A stretch of 64,000 nucleotides of DNA from Alphaproteobacteria bacterium (GTDB lineage Bacteria; Pseudomonadota; Alphaproteobacteria; JBFXJJ01). Positions 40,653 through 50,729 of the stretch are shown piece by piece (position 1 is the stretch's first letter; each line of letters opens with the position of its first letter). Both the position numbers and the translations under genes were made by a program. The stretch is from positions 11,446-75,445 of the forward strand of contig JBFXJJ010000013.1 of the NCBI GenBank assembly GCA_050175015.1, read 5' to 3'. The notes under the pieces were generated by a model, which was given only the letters and a program-made list of their open reading frames with translations, had not been told where the DNA came from and ran no database searches.

Positions 40653-42866
40653 TTAGAATAATTTAAGCACGCTCTGAGCTGACTGTGAAGCCAGTGAAAG
40701 CGAGTTTGTACCAAGCTCCTGCCTGGTTTGAAGTGCAAGCATATTTGCTGCTTCTTCGTTCATATCGGCGATTGTCAATTTGTCTGCGCCGGCTGTTAAA
40801 GTATCGATTAAACCTTCTGAGAAATCTTCTCTCGTTTGAACAACTGTTAAGTTGTTACCAAAAACAGAAGCTTGAGATCTAAGAGTTTCAAGAGCACGCT
40901 CAACTTGTTCAAGCTGTTTTTGAATATCTTCATTAGTCTTCCACTTGTTTTCAGTTTCAGAAATTCCGAGTCCAACCGCATCAAGAGTTACACCTTTAAT
41001 TTCAAGCTTACTTGTACGATTTGCGTTGAATATAACAGTTAAATCATCACCGTTAAGAAGGTTAACACCTTTATAACCCGTATCTTCGATTAACTCACTC
41101 ATTTGCTGACGTAATAAGTCAAACTGTTCTGCATATTCGGCTCTAGCATTAGCGCCGGTTGTATCATTGGTTTCCACACCAAGAACTAAGGCAGACTCGC
41201 CGCCATTTACGTCAAAGATAGATAAATCGTTTCCGAGGTTATCGGTTATAACAAGTTTTTTATCAACGATAGATGCTGTGATATCAAGATTGGCAGCTGT
41301 AGCTGCAGCATTGATAGAATCAACCAAATCTTCAGCGGTTGTTACTTCTTGAGGTATTGTTATTTCAAAATTATAAGTATCATATCCTAAAGTTGCTGCT
41401 AAGGTACTAGTGTTATTGGCAACGTTGACACCAGCTGTAGCGTCAGCGTTTGTTCCAAGTAAATCTGTAAGTGCCGTCTTTGAGGCCGCTCCTGAGCCGA
41501 CAATAGCTAAGTCGTTTTTAATGTCGGTTCCACTTTGAGATATGGATAATTTGCCATTAGTTGTGATTGATGCTGTAATATTATGAGCAGTATCTGAGAT
41601 GGTTGAAACCAAATCGCCAACCGTCATAGCACCAGAAATGGTTGCCGTGTATGTATCTGACATCAAGCCAAGACCAGAAACGATATTGCCGCCATTGTTG
41701 GTACCGCCGGTTATAACAATGGATTCTCCGCTGTCAGTTGTAATACTTAAATATACATCTCCTGCGCTTTCCGTAACAGAAGCAGTAATTCCAGCAATAG
41801 AATTAAAAGCACTTGCAATATTGTCTAAAGTGATGCCTGTAGCGGTAGTTGCACTAGAGTTGGCAACGATTTCGATTGAAGCCGAAACGCCGCCTAACAT
41901 ATAGTTAATAGTTGCGCCACTGCCTGCATTTAAGGTCGTTACACCGTCAAGTGAATTGAATGTTGTGTCCGCGGTTGCATCTTGAATAGTTTTTGCTATT
42001 TGATCGCTTCTTTCACCATTGCGGATAAAGAAAGTGTAAGCTGTACCATTAGCTATAGAACCGCCAGTTATATCACTTAAAACGGTGCTGCCGCCGCTAG
42101 TTGGGCTTAAGTCAGCTAAACCTGTAACTTCACCAGCATAGTTGCTGTCTCTAACAGTGATAAGAGAGTTATCGTTAGATTTTAAAACAAGATTTCCGTC
42201 TTCGTCAATGCTTGCCGTAACGTCAATGGTTTCGTTGCTGTTAATAGCAGACATAAAATCACCAACTGTAGCTGTGGCTGGGTCGACATCAAGTTTTATG
42301 GTCGCCATTTTATCGCCATTATCGCCATCTTTGGTATAGATTTCAAATTGGTAAGCGTTAAGATCAGTTGTTAAATCTTCGCTTAAAGAAGAAAGCAAAG
42401 TGTTTTCTGTTACAGCTCTGTTCATAACACTTTTAACTTCGGCTGAATCTTCCTTAGAAGAAATTACAAAAGTATCACCAGCTTCAATGCCTGTGATTTC
42501 TTTTATGTCATCATAGCCGTCTATTTTTAAAGTTCCACTAATTGTGCTATCGACAATAGATGAATCTAGAGCGGTTGTTGTAAGTGACTTCGCTTGTTCT
42601 GCTAAATCGGTTAGAGCTTCAATACCTTGGTCTGCAGCTTTAAGAGTCTGGACACCTTGTCCCATTGAATCCATAAGCGATTCAAGGTCGTTTGCTCTGT
42701 TATTAAGAGACGCCGCTGTAAAATAGTTATCAGGATTATCTAATGCTGAGTTTACTTTTTTACCTGTAGCTAAGCGTTCTTGGGTAATATCGAAGAGATC
42801 ATTAGTCTGCTGGAGACTTAATAGATTAGATCTCATACTTTCAGTTAAAGAGATTCTTGTTGACAT
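40653..42866 (-). CDS. fliC: Flagellin paralog 1 (large, alphaproteobacterial type)
   Basis: RLATGKKVNSALDNP N-terminal and ADMNEEAANMLALQTRQ…QSVLKLF C-terminal D0/D1; ATG 42866 aligns with paralog 2 start. Confidence 0.93.
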   Translation of the reverse strand: MSTRISLTESMRSNLLSLQQTNDLFDITQERLATGKKVNSALDNPDNYFTAASLNNRANDLESLMDSMGQGVQTLKAADQGIEALTDLAEQAKSLTTTALDSSIVDSTISGTLKIDGYDDIKEITGIEAGDTFVISSKEDSAEVKSVMNRAVTENTLLSSLSEDLTTDLNAYQFEIYTKDGDNGDKMATIKLDVDPATATVGDFMSAINSNETIDVTASIDEDGNLVLKSNDNSLITVRDSNYAGEVTGLADLSPTSGGSTVLSDITGGSIANGTAYTFFIRNGERSDQIAKTIQDATADTTFNSLDGVTTLNAGSGATINYMLGGVSASIEIVANSSATTATGITLDNIASAFNSIAGITASVTESAGDVYLSITTDSGESIVITGGTNNGGNIVSGLGLMSDTYTATISGAMTVGDLVSTISDTAHNITASITTNGKLSISQSGTDIKNDLAIVGSGAASKTALTDLLGTNADATAGVNVANNTSTLAATLGYDTYNFEITIPQEVTTAEDLVDSINAAATAANLDITASIVDKKLVITDNLGNDLSIFDVNGGESALVLGVETNDTTGANARAEYAEQFDLLRQQMSELIEDTGYKGVNLLNGDDLTVIFNANRTSKLEIKGVTLDAVGLGISETENKWKTNEDIQKQLEQVERALETLRSQASVFGNNLTVVQTREDFSEGLIDTLTAGADKLTIADMNEEAANMLALQTRQELGTNSLSLASQSAQSVLKLF

Positions 42867-43348
42867 TTTTCTGTTCCACTTCAAAAAAATTGTTCTTCAA
42901 ACAAAAGACTCACGTCTTTATCTTCATAATTCCAGTATGTCTTATCTGTATTAATAAAAAGTAAAAAAGGTTAATTTTTTTGGAAACACTCTAAAAAGAA
43001 AGAAATGTTAATCTAACAAATTGATTATTAAAGATTTTTTGTGGGGATGTTTTTTGCTGGAGACGGGATAAAAATACTAAAAAAAATTTTTTTTAGACAA
43101 TAGTAAATTTAAGATTTTAGTTTTTCTTATTAATTTTAAGCTGGAAAAAAAGAAAAGTTGAAAACAAAAATATGCTCTAAGCTCTCAACATGAATAAGTA
43201 TTTTTATTTAAAGTTTTTGGTTGAATTTTTTATATTAAATTAAAAATTTTAAATATGATTATAAAAATATTACTCGATGGTTAAGCAATATGTTTTGATT
43301 ATAAATTTTAAGAGAGCAGTAAAATAAAAGATTATGCTGTTATTGAAC

Positions 43349-43387
43349 AAAAAAAGAGGAGCAGAAAATTAATTCTGCTCCCTTTTT
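43349..43387 (-). terminator. Intrinsic terminator after flagellin paralog 2
   Basis: ggagcagaa-aattaa-ttctgctcc stem with A7 on the left (U tail on the minus strand). Confidence 0.75.
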
Positions 43388-43434
43388 GATAACTGATATT
43401 AAAAGGTTTAAGCCTTTTAAATATCTTAGCTTGA

Positions 43435-45624
43435 TTAGAATAAGCTGAGAACGCTCTGTGATGACTGTGAAGCCAATGACAAAGAATTCGTACCTAATTG
43501 CTGTCTGGTTTGAAGAGCAAGCATGTTAGCTGCTTCTTCGTTCATATCAGCCAAGGTCAACTTATCTGCACCTGCCGTTAACGTGTCAATCATACCTTGA
43601 GTAAAGTCTTCACGGGTTTGCACAACCGCTAAGTTATTACCGAAAGTTGAAGCTTGTGAACGTAAGGTTTCTAAAGCTGCTTCTACTTGTTCAAGCTGAG
43701 CATTGATGTCGTCATTGGTCTTCCAGCTGTTCTCTGTTGCTTGGATTCCAAGACCAGTCGCATCTAATGTTACGCCCTTAATTTCAAGTTTACTGGTACG
43801 GGATTCATTAAAGATAACCGTTAAGTCGTCACCTTTAAGAAGGTTTACACCTTTGTAACCTGTATCTTGAACGAGTTCGTTCATTTGAGTACGTAAGTCA
43901 TCAAACTGCTGAGCATATTCAGCACGAGCATTGGTACCTGTGGTATCATTTTTAGCAATACCAAGAACATCTGCAGTCTCGCCGCCATTTACGTCAAAGA
44001 TTGATAAGTCGTTTCCGAGGTTATCGGTAATAACAAGTTTTTTATCAACGATTGAAGCGGTAATGTCGAGGTTTGCTGCGGTTGCTGCGGTATTAATAGC
44101 AGTAACAAGTTCATCTGCGGTTTGAGCTGCTGTTGGCATAGTGATTTCAATATTGTAATCATCATAACCAAAAGTGCTTGCCATCGTAGACGTGCCTTTG
44201 CTTTCGTCAACACCAGCTGTTGCACCAGCGGTATCGCCAAACAAGGCATCAACTGCGGCTTTACCACCAGCTGCGCCACCAACGATAGTTAAGTCTTTTT
44301 CAACGCCGTCTTGTGAAACAACAAGTTTACCATTGGTAGAAATGCTTGCGGTTACGCCATTAGCTGTATTAGTAAGAGCTGTTGCTAAAGAACCTGCTGT
44401 CATTCCACCTGTAATGGTTGCTGAGAAGACGTCGTCTTTTAAGCCAAGACCTGCAATAATACTTGCACCATTGGTAGTGCCACCAGTTATAACTACAGAA
44501 TCACCATTGGTGTCGGTAATGCTTAAGAATACATCACTTCCTGTTTGGGTAACAGTTGCGGTAATACCGGCAACACTATTAAATGCAGAAGCAATATTCT
44601 GAAGGGTGATACCTGATGCTGTAGTTGCAGCAGAAGTGCCAACTATATCGAGTGTTGCAGAAGTGCCGCCCAACATATAGTTGATAGTTGCAGTAGCCCC
44701 AGCCAAAGCCGTAACACCACTTAAAGAGTTGAATGTTGTACCTGCGGTTGCATCTGCAATTGTAGATGTTACGACAGCATTATCTTCAGCGTTACGTACA
44801 TATACGGTATAACTTGAACCAGCAGCAACGGTACCATCGGTGCTGTCATCAAGGGTGCCAGTTGAAAGGTCAACGGTTCCTTGAGCTCTACCTGCATAGT
44901 CAGCATCTCTGATAGTTACAATAGAGTTATCGTCAGAAGATAAAACTAAGTTACCTTCATCATCGAGGGCAGCTGTAACATCAACAGATGTGCTGTTGTT
45001 GATGGCGTCCATTAAGTCGCCAACTGTTGCTGTTGCTAAGTCTTTATCAATGCTGATAACGGCTGATTTGTCGCCATTATCTCCGCCTCTGGTAACGATT
45101 TCAAACTGATAAGAGTTTGGATCGGTTCCAAGGCTGTCACTTAATGTTGAAAGTAATGTGTCTTTAGAAACTGCACGATTCATATTACTTTCGACTTTTT
45201 CACCGTCTTCTTTTGAAGAAATAACAAACTTATCACCAGCGGTGATGCCTGTAACTTCTTTAATATCGGTGTAGTCTTCAATCTTTAAAGTACCGCTTAC
45301 TTTGCTATCAATAATAGAAGCATCAAGAGCGGTTGTTGTTAAGGATTGAGCTTGTTCAACTAAAGATGTTAAAGTTTCAATACCTTGGTCAGCAGCCTTA
45401 AGGGTTTGAACACCTTGACCCATTGAGTCCATAAGAGAGTCTAAATCGTTAGCTCTGTTATTAAGTGATGCTGCGGTAAAGTAACTGTTTGGATTATCAA
45501 GAGCTGAGTTAACCTTGTTACCTGTTGATAAACGTTCTTGAACACTGTTGAATAACTCCTGAGTGTATTGCAAACTCTGAAGGTTAGATCTCATACTCGC
45601 TGTTAGGGAAATTCCACCTGACAT
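43435..45624 (-). CDS. fliC: Flagellin paralog 2
   Basis: RLSTGNKVNSALDNP; ADMNEEAANMLALQTRQQLG…VLSLF; collinear with paralog 1. Confidence 0.94.
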   Translation of the reverse strand: MSGGISLTASMRSNLQSLQYTQELFNSVQERLSTGNKVNSALDNPNSYFTAASLNNRANDLDSLMDSMGQGVQTLKAADQGIETLTSLVEQAQSLTTTALDASIIDSKVSGTLKIEDYTDIKEVTGITAGDKFVISSKEDGEKVESNMNRAVSKDTLLSTLSDSLGTDPNSYQFEIVTRGGDNGDKSAVISIDKDLATATVGDLMDAINNSTSVDVTAALDDEGNLVLSSDDNSIVTIRDADYAGRAQGTVDLSTGTLDDSTDGTVAAGSSYTVYVRNAEDNAVVTSTIADATAGTTFNSLSGVTALAGATATINYMLGGTSATLDIVGTSAATTASGITLQNIASAFNSVAGITATVTQTGSDVFLSITDTNGDSVVITGGTTNGASIIAGLGLKDDVFSATITGGMTAGSLATALTNTANGVTASISTNGKLVVSQDGVEKDLTIVGGAAGGKAAVDALFGDTAGATAGVDESKGTSTMASTFGYDDYNIEITMPTAAQTADELVTAINTAATAANLDITASIVDKKLVITDNLGNDLSIFDVNGGETADVLGIAKNDTTGTNARAEYAQQFDDLRTQMNELVQDTGYKGVNLLKGDDLTVIFNESRTSKLEIKGVTLDATGLGIQATENSWKTNDDINAQLEQVEAALETLRSQASTFGNNLAVVQTREDFTQGMIDTLTAGADKLTLADMNEEAANMLALQTRQQLGTNSLSLASQSSQSVLSLF

Positions 45625-45901
45625 TTTTCTTCTCCATTTCTATGGGTTAAATTCTAAAATAATGGCTCGTTTTTCTAAGCCATTTAAGAAACATAGCACA
45701 ATATTAGCTACAAGACAAGCTAAAAATATCTTTCGGTGATGTAAATAATGCATTGATATATAATAATATTTTTTTAAAAAAACTATAAAATTTTATGCTT
45801 TTCATAATTTAAATAAAGAAAACAATAATCTAAATTATATGTCACAATAAAAGTAAATTAAGATTCATTACCAATTTTTTTGTTTAATATTCATCTTTTT
45901 T

Positions 45902-48900
45902 TTACTTTTTTAAATTTTTTAAAAATATATCAAGCTGAGGCTTTATATAATCTGACACTAGCTGAGAGTAGGTTGATTCTGCTGGCTTTTGGAATGTAAA
46001 CCTTGATTTAGAGTATAAAGGCGTATTAGAAAACGTTGGGACTTGATTGTTAACGTATGCCGTTACGCTCCACGTTGGGATTCCTAGGCCATTAGCAATA
46101 GAATCGACAGCTGTTTGGGCAGAAATCACAAGATCGAGATTTGACATCAGAGATGCGACTCTATCAATTTCGTTTTTTTGATTTATGCCTTCCGGGTTGT
46201 AGATTGTGACGCCGTATTTGTCTTTTATGAGGTCAAGTTCTTCCTGACAATCATCATATTGTAAGTTAACAAAGTCGACGTTATCATTTTTAAATAGTTC
46301 GGCATAGTCTTCAATTGTTCCATAAAGCACACTTCTATATGATTTAAGAAGTCCACTTCGCCAACATATTCCAACTTTTGGTTTTGAACTGATACTTTCT
46401 AACTTTTCTTTCCAGTTTTGTTTTTCAACTTCGTCTGGAATTAGGTAAGGCTCGTAGTTATTAAGTCGGTTAAATTTTTTATAATGAATATAGCGGATAC
46501 TGGCTGCTGGACAATGAATATCAAAGTCTCTTCGATAAATGTCCTTAGATAGGTCTAAAGGCTGAGCCATAACAGCAGCTTCAGGAAAAGAGCGTTTAAA
46601 TAATGAAACAAGACGTGGTTCTACTTCAAGAATACAAGCCTTGGCAGCTTTAATAGCTTCGTTATAATAAACCGCAAAATAGATTTCGTCTCCAATACCT
46701 TGTTCACGCCAAACAAGAAGCTTTTTGTCAGAGATATCTTCGCCATTCCATTGGGGGACTCCAAATGTTCGATAAGGTTGTCTTGCTTTAGTTCCTAGTC
46801 CTGCTTCATAATATTTAAGACCTTCTGCCATAGAATCTTCATAATAAATAAGCTTCGTTGCCATATTCCATTGAGCTTTTATATCAGCAGAATTTTGGTT
46901 GTGAGCTTGTTTTAACAAGGCTTTGCCTTTATCAATATTACCAGAATAAAAATAAGGTGTTGCCAGATTAACTAAGGTTTCGTAATGATTAGGATTAAGT
47001 TCTAAGCACTTTGTAAGCAATGCTTGGACATCATCAATCCTTCCAGCCTCAGTTAAAATAGCGGAAACATCATGGTAATACTTGCAGTCTTTAGCTCCAG
47101 AATTGATAATTTTGGTTATATAAGGTCCTAGTTCTTCAAAACGTCCTTTTTCAGCATATAAGACGGCTATTTCTGATATTGCTGTAATATTGTCAGGGTA
47201 ATTTTTAAGGACTCGCTTTAGATAATCTTCTTGTTTTTCAAAGTCTCGCTCTTCTTTTGCTATACTGGCATAAAGAAGAAGGCTTTCTGGCTGGTCTTTG
47301 CTGTAACTGAGAATAACATCTAAAATAATTTTGGCATCTTTAAATTCATTGCCATTTTTAAGAACTGAAGCTTTTTGATAAAGCTGGCTTATAGTGTTTG
47401 GCTTATCTAATTCCAGCCGTTTTCTATTAGCGGTAATAATAAAACCTCTAAAACGCGGATCTTCTTCAATTTTTTTAGCTAGAACGGTTGTAACAAAATT
47501 TTTGGAAGGCTTTGATGTGTGGCTAAGCAATATCGTAACGTTTTCAGGGTAAAGTTGTTTAAGCTTAGCTAAATCATCATTTGATAAATTACTCTTTTTG
47601 ATAATCAAAGTTTCAACACCAAGAGCTGCTGCAAATTCTGCTATAGGATTATCTGTTGTAATTATTAAATCTAAGTTGGTTAAAATTGAACTGCATTCTT
47701 CCAAATCGTCCATAATATTTATATCTAGTTTATGGATATCTTTTAAATCGTTTTTTGACAGGTTTATAAAAGTTAAACCTTCAATTTTTAGCAGGTCTTC
47801 TAAATTGTCATAATTAAACCTAGTGAAGTTATCACAATCTTCATAATAAATGCCGATTTTGGGCTGCTTATTTATTTTTGTGAAATTCTTTTTCCAGTAA
47901 TAAGCCTTTTTTGACGACGGCTTTATAAATTTATTTCTAAATGAGATGCTTTTTTCTTTTTGATAAAAAATATTTATAAGATTGTCGGCATTAATTTTTA
48001 CATCAGCTTTAATATTTGAGGCTTCATAGGACGTAACAAACTCAGCTTTTGTAAAATTTAGTTCAAACACAGAAAGAAGCTCAGGTGAGCATTCAATAAT
48101 GCATTTTTTTGAACTCCTGATAACAAAATTATAAAAATTAGAAGCTTTTATCTCATCACCTAAATTAAAGGATTTTGAAACATAGATTGTTTGATTGGAA
48201 ATGTCTTCTCCCTGCCACAAGGGTAAATCTATATTATCATCGTCAAAGAAGACAGTTTCGCTGAAATAGTTATCGTTTTCACTTGCTAAGAAATTTATTC
48301 TTGCAGCTAAGCGGCTTAGCTTATGTCCTGATTTGTTTTTTGATGTGAAATTTTGGTAAATGGTTTGGGCAGCGCCAGCTTTTCCAAATAAAAGAAGGAT
48401 TTCTATATAAGAAATTACTACATCTTCATTATCAGGTGATTTTTGATAACAATCTTTGGCGATATTAAATGCTGCGGTCCATTTTTCTTCAGCTAAGTTT
48501 TTTTCAATGTCATCTAAAAGATAAGAACTAGAAGCTTCTTGGACACTATCGCGGTTTGTTTCATCTTTTAATGCCGATTTTTCTTCGTTTTCTTGATTGT
48601 CTTCTGGCAAAATCTCAGCAAGATATTTTAAATAAGGTTTTATATCTTTTTTACTATTATTGACGGTGATGCTTTGAAGATATTGTTTTGCTTGAATATA
48701 GTCTTTTTTATAGAAAGCTATTTTTCCAAGAAATGAAGTTGCCTCAATAAAATTAGGAAAATTTTCTAGAAAAGCTTTTAATAAATATTCGGCATCATCA
48801 ATATTTAATAGAGACGCTTCGTTATGAATGTTCTTATAAATATCAAGAGTCGTGAGTTTGTTATTTAGAAGTAGTTTTTTTGCTTTTTCTTCAAGTTCTT

Positions 48901-50566
48901 TAGCTGGCAAAGGCTCAATTATAGGCGTTTTTTTATTTTCAAAACCAGCCGCTAATTTTTTCTGAAAAGCAGGAAACAGACGTTCTTTTATTACACTTTC
49001 CCAAGTTTCGTTTTGGTGTTTTATGAAGCGCTTAACATTAGGTAAGTCTAAGGGAAGGCGCTCTTTATTATCATTATCATCATATCCAATTTCAAGGAGC
49101 CAAGTTTCGATTCCTAAACTAGAAGATAATAATGACGAGCCACTTCTTATTGATATTACTAAGTCAAAATTTGTTAATAATGATAAGGCTTCGTCAAAAG
49201 GATCGTCTAAGTCGTTTTTAGATGCAGTGATAGTTTTAATTTTTATGCCGTATTTTGCTTCTAAAAGAGCGGTTTCGGCAAAACTGTCATCTTGTTGTAA
49301 ATTAATAAAAAAGACATCATCTTTTATATCGGCAAAAGACGCAAAATCTAAAATATCAATAACGCCGCTTTGATAAAGATTGCTGCTATTGGCATTTCTC
49401 CAGCAAATACCGATTTTAGGTTTTTCTTGGTCTGCTTTTTTAAGAGATATCTCCCAATCTTTGGCTTTAATCAGGTTGGGAAGCATATAACTTTTAGGAA
49501 AATCAATTTTCTGCTTTTTATTAAACATGATTTTATTTAGAGATCCAAAAGGACATTGATAGTCAATGCCTGTTAACTCTGATGCATCACTAATAATTTC
49601 TGCTTTTTTGAAAGAGCGTTTAAAAACACGATGTAAAAGCTCATCAGATTCAATAAATACCTTCTTAGCAGATGCGGTTATTTCTGGGATATTTCCAGAA
49701 AATAATACCGTTTCATCTATTCCTTGTTCGTTCAAGATTACAATGGTTTTTCCAGCTAAATCTTCACCATTCCAAACTTTTACATTATGAATAAACTTAG
49801 GGTTTCTAAATTTTGTGTTTAACCCCTGTTCGTATAATTCAAAACCTCGTGCTAAGTCTTGTCCGTTTTGAAGCAAATGCCTAGATAAAAACCAAGCAGC
49901 TTCGTCTTTTAGCTCGCCATTTGATGATGCCAAATTTTCTAGTATTTTTACTGCTTTTTCATTTTCTCCAACAGCTTCGTAACATTTTGCTAAAGTAATT
50001 TCGAGTGCTTTTTTTTGTTGGTTAGATGCTATAAGGTTATTAATAATAGCGATGGCTTCGTGATTTTTTCCCATATATGCTAAATCTGAAGCATAATCAT
50101 TTAAAATAGAAGGATTGTTCTTTTCAATTTTTAAGAGGTTTTCATAGACGCTAATAACTTTGTTCCAAAGCATCATATTTTTAGCAACAAAAATAAGGTC
50201 TCTCTGAGCTTTTAAGAAATAAGGGTTTATGGCTACGGTTTTTTCAAGATACTTTAAAGCTTGGTCGTGCTCTCCTTTTAACCAGCAGGTACAGCCTATT
50301 TTATGAAGACCAATATAGTTATTAGGTTCATATCGAATAATGTCAAAAAAGCAATTATATGCATTCTTAAAATCACCCTTATCAAAAAAATCGCTGCCTC
50401 TTTTTAAAAGACTTGTAACAATAGGGTTTTCTTTTTTTTCTTCAAATTCAATATTGGTAGCTAGATTTAGCACTAAAGAAGTTTTTTTTGTTTCAACCGT
50501 ATTATCATTTGGAGTTTCATTTGTTTTAGTATCTAAAATCTTCTGTCTATGTATTCTTCTAACCAT
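45902..50566 (-). CDS. TPR + GT-B glycosyltransferase-like protein with three tandem modules (FlmG/FlbA-like)
   Basis: Three WxGED…PK(I/V)GI…F(I/V)NL…DL(V/I)I units, each preceded by TPR-like helices; next to flagellins. Confidence 0.8.
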   Translation of the reverse strand: MVRRIHRQKILDTKTNETPNDNTVETKKTSLVLNLATNIEFEEKKENPIVTSLLKRGSDFFDKGDFKNAYNCFFDIIRYEPNNYIGLHKIGCTCWLKGEHDQALKYLEKTVAINPYFLKAQRDLIFVAKNMMLWNKVISVYENLLKIEKNNPSILNDYASDLAYMGKNHEAIAIINNLIASNQQKKALEITLAKCYEAVGENEKAVKILENLASSNGELKDEAAWFLSRHLLQNGQDLARGFELYEQGLNTKFRNPKFIHNVKVWNGEDLAGKTIVILNEQGIDETVLFSGNIPEITASAKKVFIESDELLHRVFKRSFKKAEIISDASELTGIDYQCPFGSLNKIMFNKKQKIDFPKSYMLPNLIKAKDWEISLKKADQEKPKIGICWRNANSSNLYQSGVIDILDFASFADIKDDVFFINLQQDDSFAETALLEAKYGIKIKTITASKNDLDDPFDEALSLLTNFDLVISIRSGSSLLSSSLGIETWLLEIGYDDNDNKERLPLDLPNVKRFIKHQNETWESVIKERLFPAFQKKLAAGFENKKTPIIEPLPAKELEEKAKKLLLNNKLTTLDIYKNIHNEASLLNIDDAEYLLKAFLENFPNFIEATSFLGKIAFYKKDYIQAKQYLQSITVNNSKKDIKPYLKYLAEILPEDNQENEEKSALKDETNRDSVQEASSSYLLDDIEKNLAEEKWTAAFNIAKDCYQKSPDNEDVVISYIEILLLFGKAGAAQTIYQNFTSKNKSGHKLSRLAARINFLASENDNYFSETVFFDDDNIDLPLWQGEDISNQTIYVSKSFNLGDEIKASNFYNFVIRSSKKCIIECSPELLSVFELNFTKAEFVTSYEASNIKADVKINADNLINIFYQKEKSISFRNKFIKPSSKKAYYWKKNFTKINKQPKIGIYYEDCDNFTRFNYDNLEDLLKIEGLTFINLSKNDLKDIHKLDINIMDDLEECSSILTNLDLIITTDNPIAEFAAALGVETLIIKKSNLSNDDLAKLKQLYPENVTILLSHTSKPSKNFVTTVLAKKIEEDPRFRGFIITANRKRLELDKPNTISQLYQKASVLKNGNEFKDAKIILDVILSYSKDQPESLLLYASIAKEERDFEKQEDYLKRVLKNYPDNITAISEIAVLYAEKGRFEELGPYITKIINSGAKDCKYYHDVSAILTEAGRIDDVQALLTKCLELNPNHYETLVNLATPYFYSGNIDKGKALLKQAHNQNSADIKAQWNMATKLIYYEDSMAEGLKYYEAGLGTKARQPYRTFGVPQWNGEDISDKKLLVWREQGIGDEIYFAVYYNEAIKAAKACILEVEPRLVSLFKRSFPEAAVMAQPLDLSKDIYRRDFDIHCPAASIRYIHYKKFNRLNNYEPYLIPDEVEKQNWKEKLESISSKPKVGICWRSGLLKSYRSVLYGTIEDYAELFKNDNVDFVNLQYDDCQEELDLIKDKYGVTIYNPEGINQKNEIDRVASLMSNLDLVISAQTAVDSIANGLGIPTWSVTAYVNNQVPTFSNTPLYSKSRFTFQKPAESTYSQLVSDYIKPQLDIFLKNLKK

Positions 50567-50665
50567 ATTAAAACCTAAAAAATTTTTTAAAAGAAACGAT
50601 TAAAGTATATTTATTAATATAGTAAAAGCTCAAAAAGATAAATAATTATAATAACAAACACAAAA

Positions 50666-50709
50666 AATAACCATAAAATCAAATTGTAATATAAGATTTT
50701 ATGGTTATT
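50666..50709 (-). terminator. Inverted repeat after the RND gene, probable terminator
   Basis: aataaccataaaatc (50666-50680) / gattttatggttatt (50695-50709). Confidence 0.6.
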
Positions 50710-50729
50710 AGTTTAGCTTGTCGTCGAGC

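Noticed and set aside
42867-43434. CtrA or sigma54 promoter motifs upstream of flagellin
   Set aside because: No clear TGGCAC-N5-TTGC; TTAA half-sites are too frequent in this AT-rich DNA to be meaningful
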